A stretch of 47,106 nucleotides of DNA. Origin: Catajapyx aquilonaris (taxonomy: Eukaryota). Below, in pieces: positions 36,131 to 47,106 of this stretch (the stretch's first letter is position 1; every line of letters starts with the position of its first letter). The notes below the pieces were generated by a model that did not search any database, had not been told where the DNA came from, and was given only the letters and a program-made list of their open reading frames with translations. Made by a program: the position numbers and the translations under genes. The stretch lies in contig KZ538794.1 in the NCBI GenBank assembly GCA_000934665.2, forward strand, positions 1 through 47,106. Direction: 5' to 3'.

Positions 36131-37415
36131 AATACCCTACTGTGATGGCGACTATTCCTCCCGATGTGTACTGGGAGTAATGTCAAAATTTAGCCCGCGT
36201 GCCCTATACTATTTCCAAAAAAACCAAAGTTAGTGCAAATACACTATTACAACTGTTTTTGAGCAATATAGTACATCAAAGATGCACAATTTATAAAATT
36301 GAACAACTAATTAATAACAGGCCTGCTGGAAGAGGGATTTTGCACAAGTTCAAGTTGTTGTTGTTGTTTTTTCAAATACTATGTAATTCCGACATGTTAA
36401 TAGTAGAAGCTGACTTTGAGTTCTCCCCCGCTGATTTAGTTTTCTCACTTTTCTGCAGAAACCACAAATTTTGAGTTGTGCTGAGACAGGTGTCGGTATA
36501 GGATAGAGGATCCGCAGTAGTGAGTTTGGAGTAGGGAGGCGCCATAAATAAGGGCATCCACTCTGGTCTTGACACAGTAATTCCAGCTTGTGCTGGCAGC
36601 CCCACCGAAAAAAGAAATCCCGCTGCCTGAAAAAAAAAAGCTCGCTGGTGCTTCTGGCCCGGCTTGATTTGAAAGCTGCTTCCGCGGGCCTGCCCTTTTA
36701 TGATTGGGGGTGGCCAATCCCAGGCTTCGATCACAATAATTTCTCAGACCCCCAACCAAATCACCTGATGGGATGATTGCTACTAATGATGAGTGCATCC
36801 AGTTTGATTGGCTGCTACCTACAATTTTTTTTTTAAAAGGAATTTTCCAGATGCGTCTGAATGCGTCTGGAACGCCCAATTTAAACAGGGGATGGGCAGT
36901 AGAATTGGCGTTGTAGCTCAATACGGGTCATTGCATGCCGTGGTCCCATTTGGCTTAGTTTCGGCTACTTTTCATCCTCCCCCACACCTCTAGTTCACAC
37001 CCGAGGGCGTGCCCTCGTGATAGAGAGGCATTAGTGCCCGCCCCCACCTGGAAACACTGCTTTCACTCTATGAGTTATGGGAGACTCCGGATCTTTTCTC
37101 TGGCTCAATATGAAGACAGCTGGATCCGTTTTTCTCTGTCAGACACAATGGTCTCTGCGCCATTGACTTCGAATCTGACACGTATCACACTGGCCATGAC
37201 AAATGTTACGGGAAGTACATTTGTACAAGGAGCTGCCGGGCTTTGAATTATTCTAGGCTGGGATCTATGCCAAGAAAATAGTATTCGGTAGGTTTGTTAA
37301 CATGAAAATATTTTTTTGAAAGGCTATGTAACTCAGAGGTTAACCCGGTCTGGGTTCCCGCCCGTGGTGCACGTGAAGGTGGGAACACTTATGCCCCCAA
37401 AAATTGTCATAGGTA

Positions 37416-37698
37416 CACAGAAAAATGGATGGGGATGCCCAGTCGAATGACTAGGATGGTTAGTCTATTGCCTACCCTCCTGAGTCAGATGACTATTGCG
37501 CTAGTCAATGTACTGGTGCGCTAGTCGAGAGACTATAGTGCCGCTGGTCAGCTGACGAGTCTCGAGAACTAGCCAGGCCCTAGGGCTAGTCAGCCAACTA
37601 GGCCAGGCTAGTGGGCTGACTATAGTAAAGGCTAGTTTTCCAGTTCAGTCACTTGACTAGGGAAACCTAGTCATTTGACTCGGAAATTTTTCTCTGTG
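37416..37698. mobile_element. Non-autonomous CACTA/EnSpm-like element with an array of TAGTC-N4-GACTA palindromes
   Basis: Ends are CACAGAAAAA / TTTTTCTCTGTG with 2-bp flanks TA/TG. About 11 degenerate palindromes lie inside at ~21-bp spacing. The superfamily call is inference. Confidence 0.6.
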
Positions 37699-37988
37699 TG
37701 GGTTAACATGCAATTTATTTATTTTTGAAAAGTAGCCTACATTATCTTCAAACTATTAAGCATTTTTAATACAAATATTCCAGCATGTTTTTAGACAATT
37801 ATTTACAAAATTCCGAGGCGAGTTAATTATGGCTAAAAAAACCAGTTTTTGCCTTTTTGTGGGACAGGATCGAGTGGGATGAAGAATGAAAGAAACAAAG
37901 TGCGAAGGAGGGCATGCCTTGCGGTTTGAAAATTTGTCACGGGGTTGAGAAGGAGAAAAAAAATCCCTGGGGGTTTTGCAGGTGAGGT

Positions 37989-38069
37989 GGGGGGGGGGGG
38001 GGGNNNNNNNNNNNNNNNNNNNNNNNNNNNNNNNNNNNNNNNNNNNNNNGGGGGGGGGGGGGGGGGGGG
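37989..38069. other. Poly-G tract containing an assembly gap (46 N at 38004-38049)
   Basis: Read directly. Another N sits in the G run at 39840. Confidence 0.97.
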
Positions 38070-40588
38070 ACCTACCTACCTACCTTCATGTGGAACAATG
38101 GCTTTGTTTCGGCTCAGAAATCTGGGCCTCACGTTAATGCACCTAGACACGTCCATCTTTTTGAAGTTGGAAGGTGGAGAGGGGGGGGAGAAGGGGGAGG
38201 AAAGTCTCCCCCTCCCCTCCTTCACGACCTACCAATTACTCCACCTCCTCTAACATACACCATCATTCTCTGGAGCCATTTACAAGCTGTGGTATTTTCT
38301 GGGGACGGTGATGGAATAGTAAGTTATATTGATGCTGTGCACAGCTTGTGGTTTTTAAGACCTGGAACGCCTCCTGACTACGTTTCAAAATGGGAAATCC
38401 TGGAAAATATGAATATAACGGAACGTAATTGCCTACTTGTTCACCATGGTTCCCATGAAGGGAAGGGTCTCATATAATCTCCTAGCTTGCTTTGCGCTCT
38501 ACTGTAGGTCGTTATTACCTGGTAACAATATCCACGTTGTTCCTTTTTTTTTGGCAAGGTTTAATCCCTTTTTGAAATGTGTGAATTTTTCGTGACTATT
38601 CCGTCGTTGCTGCCCTCACTAAAATAATCTTCCTTCTTTGTATGCTCTCATCATAGTCCTTAACATGTTCCTATAGAGGGGGTAGTCTGTGATAATATTG
38701 ATGAAGAAGACTAAAATGAAATTTTTAAAAATTGCATAGTACTAAATACCTATAACATGACATGACTTTTTTTAAAGATAAGGGTAGCCTGCATTGAATA
38801 TCTCCGTTGCTGCAATTTTTTCCAGATTAATCTGGCCCTTTTTGGGGTAATTCGGTAATGAATTTTTTTCCCATCTAATATTTTGAATACTTCGTCACTT
38901 TTGCCCTTTTATATTAGAATTCATCTACTTCCTATACGCTCTACAGCAGGTATTTATTGAATGGTGGTAGGCATCCATTTTTAACTTTAAAAATGTAACT
39001 ACATTATGAATGTAATTTTTAAAATTGTGTCATTATTTCTTATAATTCATACAAGAATATTTAAACTAGTTTTAATCATGCATCCTCGATCTGATGAATA
39101 TTCCAGATATGCCCAGTAGTGCGATAGTGCTACGGGGCTAGTGGGGGTGCTGCTGGGTGCTGGTCGGTTGCGGAGTGGCTGTCAGGTCCTGTTTTGAAGA
39201 GGTGCGGCCCCCGTCGCCGTGAAAAGCTATGATTAGCTTAGCTTAGGGTAAGATGCGGGCGCAAAGATAGCATCTGGAGGAGCCCCGATAATTGCATTGG
39301 TCGCAGCCTCCGTAAATCAGCGGCTTGATTGCAGACCCAGGCCAAGACTGGCATAAGATCCCAGCCACTACTCGCATGGAAGAAGCCAATTTACCTCTGG
39401 GGGATGAAACAGGGAGGGCCTCAGCTACCTATAATATACCCACGGTTATTGCTGAGAAAAAATATATATAAAATTGCGCACGAAACGCAAGTGCGCATTG
39501 TGCAATGAGCTAATTGCGGTTATTTGTACAGGTTGTGTTGAAACCGTGAGAACCCTGAATTAGTACGTCAAAGGATTGCAGCAACAATAACCAGGGAGAA
39601 AATTGCAGTGGCATTGAAAAATGTTTGTTGCCGACTAGTCTATTGTGAGCATATTTTCCAGATGCTAGGACCACCCTCATTTTCTATTACGGTGTCTTAA
39701 TCCACCGAAACCTTACTGGGATAAGCGCCACGAATCAGGACGTAGACTAGAAAAATCCCTATATAAAAATTGTTATTCACAGCATGCGACCCGATAAAAT
39801 AGTGAAGAGAATAATAATATAAAAAGGGGGGGGGGGGGGNGGGGGGGGGGGTTCGGAACAATCAGCGGTCCTGTTTTGGGACGCTTCCGAAATCGCTACA
39901 CGCTCTATTGACAGCGCTATACTAACGTCACAGATGACAAATTGCATGCAATATAGTTTTGTATTCGCTTCGCTTCTTTCCTGCACAGACCTACCACCAT
40001 TCATTCCAGTTGTGACCTGCGGATGTAATTAGCATCAATTGTTTCGCACTATTGTCGCCGGCTTATTCAGTGGAAATTTGCAGCGTGTCGCCTTTCCTGT
40101 CGGCTCCATCGACAAGAATACGAATTATGGCAGTTTCAGAATAATCCCGGCTTTTGTTTCGATGGTGGTCGATTGTTTTACTGATCGGATGTTACTTCCT
40201 TGCAATGTTACGTATTGGGTCAAGGTTCATGTGTCAATTCAGAAATTGCGCGTTATGTGCTGGGGAGGAATGTTGGGTGTTTTTTGGGGGGAACAAGGCC
40301 GGCAGCGCTCCACATATTCCAAGGAAGTTTTGCAGTGGGGTCTAGTCCCTCCTATTCGGCCTTTATTCTTTTCATTTGACGTTGATACCTGGATCCTCCC
40401 TTCCGCTGGCTTGAGCGATGGTTTTGGATGCAGAGGCGTTACCTGGCTTCTATTAATTTACAAACGACCCTTGGGCTTCTCTCGACATCATGGCGAAGGT
40501 TATTTACGGCGGTAATTCATGTGAACGTGGGTTCTAGTCGATGGAAATGGCTGGAATTCTTCAGGGTTGATGATACTGAGAGATAAAT

Positions 40589-41610
40589 GAATCGGTGATT
40601 TTGAAAAGGGCAATATTCCACTAACCCTTTTTTTTCAGGACACAAGAAAAACTGAATATTATTTAAATGGTGTTCTCTATATCAAAAATGTGAAATAGCA
40701 GTTTTATTGTGAAAGTCACGGTGCATTACACCACACTCACCTGTTACCCACCCATCGCTTCACATTGTTGCAATATGGAATTCAAATTGTTGGAATAATG
40801 CCCTTTTCAAAATCAATGTACAATGCATATGTAAAGGAGTTGTATTGTGTACATATTATTTGATTTCCGCCTGGGTCAGGAGGGTCTCTGACCTGCACCA
40901 AGGAAGTGTCTGGCAACCTAACCTCCTGGGGAACAGCACATGACCCATAGCTATGACATTGCACCTTGCACCCATGTTCCCTCCCCAAAAAATCCCAATC
41001 CTTACCCAATGTCCTTGATTCCCTGCACCGGAGTGAAGTACTGAAGTTAACTTAGAAAATTGAGGAAAAATGGTGGTGTACCACCCCCCCCCCCCTATAG
41101 AACCCGTAAGGGTCATCACGGGGTACAATAAAAAATAAAGAAATAATAAGAATAATAATTTGATTGAAACGTACTCGTACAAACATGAGATGATCACAGT
41201 GTTATCAGTCCTCTTTTTCATAGTCACTTTCTTTCTCCTCAGTCTGCCAAGTCATGATATCATAAAAGGTGATGTAGTTTGAATCTACATACTTCATCAC
41301 CTTGGATATGTATTCTATAGCTTTTGAGACATTGATTTGAGACTGAGACTTGATTGGCACCCCATCTTCATAGGCTGTGGTACTTGACATGTCAGGTGGC
41401 AGTCGTACCTTACGAAGCTTACAGGAGGATGAGCGTAGTCACGGAATATTGCCCTTTTCAAACTCAGTGGCATCAGTTCACCGTGACCAGTGTATGGAAT
41501 GATCCCGTTTACAATCCCATTCGATGCATTCCCAAGCATATGATACTTCTGCATCAGCAGTTCATTTTGACAAAAAAATGGAATATTGCCCTTTTCAAAA
41601 TCACCGATTC
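40589..41610 (-). mobile_element. Sola1-like DNA transposon, internally deleted (1022 bp)
   Basis: Perfect 32-bp TIR GAATCGGTGATTTTGAAAAGGGCAATATTCCA (40589-40620 / 41579-41610). 4-bp TSD AAAT on both sides, matching the AWWT preference of Sola1. Internal TIR-like copies at ~40791 and ~41442. Confidence 0.82.
41205..41390 (-). pseudogene. Probable transposase C-terminal remnant inside the Sola1-like element
   Basis: AYEDGVPIK...SKAIEYI...YITFYDIMTWQT plus an acidic tail resembles my recollection of Sola1 transposase C-termini (AY..xVPI...YIP...FY..IL.WPT). No catalytic core is visible. Confidence 0.45.
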
Positions 41611-44600
41611 AAATGTCATGTCGACCAATGTATAACCGAATGGCAGTATTTGTGCCTGAACTTGTCCTTGAACTGATAATAATTTATTTGACACTGTGTG
41701 GACATCTTTGCCATGCTTTTCAGTGTTTTTCTTTTGTGCAAAATGTCATATCAGCTGGACCGAATCGACCGAAAACAAGGAAGACCATGCGAGATTACAA
41801 AGCGAGGTATAGTGTCTGTATGCAAATACTGTATGAATAAATCTAGGAGGGAACAAGAGAATGGGAAAGCAGTAGTCTATGGAGACTGGTTTAAAGGTAA
41901 CTCTCAGATGGTAGAAGGTTCGTAATTACTCGAGATGTGGGGAAATGCAATCCTATAGAAAATTAAATATTTTTTTGCTGCAAGATGGATTTTATGGTTT
42001 TCAATAAGGAGAAAATAATACAGTACAAACTAGGATAACGCTATTTTCTTATTTCTGGGGAAAATAATAGGTTTACTGCACTTTAAAGAAAGGAGGTGAG
42101 GCACGACAGGTAATGTTTGATCGGTAATTAATCACCATTATTTGATGTCCTTGCTTCGATATTGCTTATACTCGTACTTGATGTATAATTGCAGGCTTTT
42201 CATTTTAAAAAAGGCCACAGTTGATAATCATTTCAAAGCAGGGCATTGATTATAAAAGTAGTATTATTGTTTTATGTAAATACGCCGTCATTTTACGATG
42301 TGTCGAGCAATTAAATGTAAATTATAATTTAGAATTTATTCCATAAAGTTATAGTAACAAAATTCTTATTTCGTACATTGACAGAACTAATTTTGACGAT
42401 ATTTTAAATATTTGACATACCGGTATTATATGAGCTTTAGTTATCAAACTGCAACTTTCCCCTGGTGGTCCTGGAGTGAGGGAGAGATTGTCATGCAAAT
42501 GCGTTGTCACAACAACAAATACATGAAAAGAATAAGTGGTTCCAACGCATTGTGTTGAGGAATATGTGAATTGCATCCCGAAACTTTCCATTATCCTCAT
42601 AGATATTGTGGTTGTAACATTTATTTAGTTATTATCATAATTAGTGTTATTACCCTTGGTATTCAAATACAGTAATTTTATCGTGTTCGTACAAAAATGG
42701 CTATACCCTAACGATAGTGGAATCGACTATAATTCTGACTGTGACAGCACTTCTGTAATATTGGCGACCCTAATGAATGGAGCTAATGGGGCTTCATTAA
42801 GCTTATTATTCCACATTGGAAGGAGCCTTCTGGACCTGCATGAAACCGCTCATATACATTAGCTAGATGACCGCATAGTTTGAACCCCAATATCTCCCAT
42901 CACGATCTGCAAAGTTGCAACGCAACTGCACCAGCAGATAATTATCTAGATTAGAAATCAGAAGTGGTTATAGGATAGCCTCGCAGGGGGAGAGCCCAGA
43001 AGAGCTTACACAAAAAAAAAGAAGATGGCGATAGTTTTCATGAGTGGAAGGTAATGCAGGATGCACGAAGGTTATAGGCAGGACTTATCCCATCCTTCAA
43101 TCTGGGGTTGCGACGCAGCTTTCCTTGACATGTGGCTGCCGCTTTGACGATGAACGATGCCTCGTATCCACAGATTAGAAACGGCGATTAGGGCATGCAA
43201 GCCCCTAATTACTAGTTCGGGAATAGAAGGAAGGCCAGCCTAGCTTGGGATTAGGCGCAGCTTCATTGCCGCTTAATTGAGTGAGGGCGCAGCAATAGTT
43301 GGTTCACACGACGCATGCGCCACTCTTTTTCTTTCCAACAGGTCACACAGCCTTCCATCTTGATCTTATGGACAGGAATATTACTATGGCCATAGATTTT
43401 CCCAGGGTTGCGGATCAAATTTCTGTCGATTATTAAATTTTAAGCTGGATGGAGCACTTTTGACCTCAAATTTAGGATGATGTGGGTAATTTTTGTAACT
43501 TTTAGAGGGATTTTTGGCTTGATGGCACTTGATGGGTGATTAAAAGCCTTTATGGTGGGTGTAGGAGGCATATCACGCATGATATGGTCGTAAAACACTT
43601 GTTACGCAAGAAGTCATGCGTCAATGCATCGGTGGATTACCTGAAGTCCGTGAATGACACACATTGAGCGTGCTGTAAAAATACATAAATCGTGGTATTG
43701 CAAACGGCCTTGGTGGCCACAATAATTGAAGAGCATGCTAGGAGGGCGTGTGAATACAATTGTTCCAGCAGTGGATAGTAAAATTTTAACGATTTGTACT
43801 ACGAGAGTTGAAAATATGCGGAAGTTTTGGTGAGGCATATGAAAACGGGTTTTAAAACAAAACCTATATATCCCAGAAAACACGAATATTCAGTGAATGT
43901 TCAGCATTAGACAACGATTTTTTTTAGTTCAAATTTCAAAATTACCGAATGCTCAGTGAATTAGTGAACATAGAGACTTAGGAATAAAATTATACAGTAT
44001 TACAATTGTAAATTCCAATTAATTAATTAATATTTATTAAACTTTATAAGAGTTGGCGAAGTTCCTGACGTTAGAGAATGCGACATATGAACTTTAAATG
44101 AATATTCGGAGGATAATGGGCAGTCACATTCACTGGACATTTGCCTTCTCATTTTATTTAGTTTTTAGAACCCTATTTTTTCACATAAACCTGCACTTTC
44201 TCCTAGTGTTTTAACTGCAGCCTTAAACACATGATATTTCCAGGAACTATACATCAAAACAAAATTGTTGATCAACTCTTTAATAATTCATTTTGGGCAT
44301 AATCATGGAAAGCCGTGTAACTTTTCTCCTGAAGATAGCTTTAAATTGCAACCATACGCAGACATCCTCTGACCTGCGTCGTCCCACGCACATACGTCTT
44401 TTGACCACATAGTTTTTTTTAAACTTTCGAGACCTACGACTTGTTCTGCAGTTATGTCAAGTTAGCACATGCAACTCATGGAATGTTTATGATGTACCAG
44501 CAGCTGCACACATCCCACACGTCACAACTGCGTGTTTGCAATTTCAGTACAAACATTACTGCACTTATTTCGCATGTCCCTAGAACCATTTACGACGCAA

Positions 44601-46565
44601 CCTTTGTGCCTGGCCACTAGTTAACAACAAATACGACTGATTAAACAAACATGGCACGACCAACAAATTTTATGTTGGCATAATTGCATATTATCCTTGA
44701 TGTTAACTTGACCACCTGCTCTTTGACATGCTTTCAACCCATCCAAATATTTCAACTCGAAACAAAACCCAATGAGCAGCCCACCTTCGCAGCCTCATTC
44801 GTATTGGCGACCAATCCCATAAAACGCGGCCATTATCATCATAATAATGCCACTCTCACATACGTGACAACGCATGTGAAGCAGAATCTCTTGACTGATG
44901 ACCGCTCCTGCACATGAACAAAATTACCCCCCTTGAATATTTGTAAGAAAAAAAATTTTAATATTATATACGACAGACTTCGAGGGATTTCCATCGCCAT
45001 TTTGATGTTAATAGATGCAAGCGAAGGCGGGTAGCATTATAAACACTGACCATTATAAAAAATTATAAAACTGAAAAAAAAATTAAGTGGGCGTGAGCTC
45101 AATCTGGTGAGACTGGCCAACCATAAGAGGTTGGCGGCCTGGGAAGCTATGATTAGACCCGGTTTGATAGCATAGGTGAGCTGTCAATTGGCAGGCTGGC
45201 AGGTAACATATCAGGTGCGCTGGGATAGGGTCTGGGCCTTCCAAAATTGGGGAACCGAAGAGGTAATAGCTTCCGCCAGCCTTTTTCCCACACCCCGTCA
45301 AAAAAACCTCTCAGAAAAAAAAAAAGGTGGGCCCAAAATTTTCTTCTCTCAAGCCAAACCTACTTCAAGGCCTGGCTCATGTTATTACAGTGGGATTGAC
45401 GTATGGTATGGAAATTGGGAGGTTGGGCTACAATCTGAAGGGTTATTGACAGGATCCGGCCATTTTGTAAAGTTGCTGGGAAAATGTACGGCCATTATAA
45501 CATTATTAAATTAATTATTAAAATTTGTTGAAAATAATAATAAAGTAATAATTATACAACTCGATTTATTAATAATTGTGGTACAATACACGAATTAATT
45601 ATTTTACATATTAGCTATTAGCTATGCTATTCTTTAAAAATTTTGTAATTTTTTGAGCTTCAACCTTCGTTCCCATACTCCACGCTGCAAAAACATGAAA
45701 TGGCTGCCTTTTGAACCCTCTCTCTCCCCCTCGACTTCCCAGGAGCCATTCTCCACGATTCCCTGCTCAGACACACCATTAATCACATCAAACAGAATAT
45801 TAGCTTCCAAGCTTAATTCTTCGCCTTTTCCATTCCCCCCCTCCTTTTTGCGTGCTAGCTGCACAGGCGCATCCGGATCGTAGGCAAAAAAACGTGGCCA
45901 TAAAAACGCAGCATCAAATTACCCGCAGTTCCGTTGGGTGCAAACTCAAAAGAGTGAAAAAGAGGGCGCTCCCGTACTCTATAACTAGCATAGATTTTCG
46001 CCCTTGAATTTTCCTCACTTCCGGAATGACAAAAAGCGCGACCCCAAAATTCGTAGATAGAATCGTGATAGAAAAATAGAGTATTTTCCCACACCTGGCT
46101 TCCCAGGTAACAAAAAGTCCATTAAGAGGACGGCACACTCTTCATTATAATAATTTGCCTTCCACTTTTCCTTTCTTTGGGTGGAAATGATTTATGCCGG
46201 AAAAGGGAGCTTCTATTTATTAAGGAGCTCAATTTGAGTTCGCGAAAGGACGTTTGCAGCTGGGAAAGGGGAAAAACAATGTACATTGGATTAGAGGCCT
46301 GAATTATTGCTGCGATGACATTATCGTGCTAGGTACAGGCCTATCGTGTCTTTTTCCATATTAGGACATGCCTACCGTGCGGAGAATTAATCACTCGAGT
46401 GAGTAGGCTGTGTGTCGCCAGTCACTGTCTGCATTATTCCTTTTGATATGAAACATATGTCGTTTTGTATTATGCATGTATCGCGTTTTTAGTTGCAGCC
46501 TTGGGGGTGAAATCAGGCTATTAAATCGCGAAGACGTGATCAGTCTAGCTGAACAGACATAGTTA

Positions 46566-46799
46566 ATTCCATCAGACTGCTAGCGACATTTTCCGAGGCG
46601 GCAGACAAGCAAATTGAAGTGGGAGCCGTGCGAATAAGAAATGGTAGCCCTTTGGTGACGTCACTGGCTGGGGACACGCCTTTTCTCCATTGCCTCCCAG
46701 CCTGTGACGTCACTCAAGGCCTACATCTTCTTACTCGCACGGCTCACTTCGATTTGCACTTCTGCCGCAAGCAGTATGACGCGATTAATGTCCAACACC
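46566..46799. mobile_element. Foldback MITE related to the 1964-2536 element
   Basis: Shares ACTGCTAGCGACATTTTCCGA.GCGGCAGA and GCAGTATGACGCGATTAATGTCCAACAC with 1964-2536. The interior is palindromic (GAAGTGGGAGCCGTGCGA...GTGACGTCACTGGCTGGG / CCCAGCCTGTGACGTCAC...TCGCACGGCTCACTTC). The left terminus is damaged. Confidence 0.8.
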
Positions 46800-47106
46800 T
46801 ATGGTCCTGGTGAGCTGATATCGAAAATCGATTGCGATAAATCGATATATCATCTCTTTCATGGGAATTTTTGACGATTGACCAGCCATATTGATATTAA
46901 ATTTTTGATATTTTGAGTACACAACAATACCCGCATGCTCCCCACAATTGCTATTGTAATTGGGTTCAATTAAACCCCGGTAACAAGCCTTCCATGTGAC
47001 TGATGACAGGGTCCGCTTGAAGATCCGGACACACGCGATATCCGGATGCTCCTATACCTATGATTGCGGGCCAACCCCGGGGCCATCTGTAAGTTTGCCC
47101 CCCCCC

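Noticed and set aside
36372..36921. 120-aa and 158-aa minus-strand ORFs
   Set aside because: Homopolymer-derived residues, no recognisable domain or exon structure; more consistent with regulatory DNA.
37440..37681. CRISPR-like repeat-spacer array
   Set aside because: The repeats are 14 bp and degenerate, the spacers are 6-9 bp, there are no cas genes and the context is eukaryotic. It is bounded by transposon-like ends.
37945..38477. Gly-rich ORFs
   Set aside because: Artefact of the poly-G tract and N gap.
40039..40515. 158-aa plus-strand ORF
   Set aside because: Non-ATG start, no homology or motif, and no supporting neighbouring exons.
41640..41806. Signal-peptide-like MAVFVPELVLELIIIYLTLCGHLCHAFQCFS (Ly6/quiver-like start)
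   Set aside because: Lacks the CxxC pattern, and no downstream Cys-rich exons were found.

Overview
Eukaryotic genomic DNA with GT-AG introns of 53 bp and up, a Pol III tRNA and SINEs. It is metazoan and most likely an invertebrate such as an arthropod, but the taxon is an inference. The left 28 kb holds three readable genes. (1) A ZC2HC1C-like C2HC zinc-finger gene on the minus strand: 6 solid coding exons at 3159-10220 and a probable start exon at 12022-12030, with a tRNA-Leu(CAG) antisense in one intron. (2) An intronless SPOP-like MATH-BTB gene on the minus strand at 18807-19829. (3) A complete 8-exon MLH3 on the plus strand at 21190-27162, head-to-head with the MATH-BTB gene. The right ~19 kb has no protein gene I can support; it contains non-autonomous DNA transposons, enhancer-like GC-rich islands and a 46-N assembly gap. 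Across the window, TIR and TSD structure shows small elements of the Tc1/mariner-pogo, hAT, piggyBac, CACTA-like and Sola1 types, plus two tRNA-derived SINE families. The most striking observation is that ZC2HC1C and MLH3 are divergent near-neighbours here, as they are (from memory) at human 14q24.3. This suggests ancient microsynteny, with a MATH-BTB retrocopy-like gene sitting where ACYP1 lies in human. No CRISPR or prokaryotic system is present.
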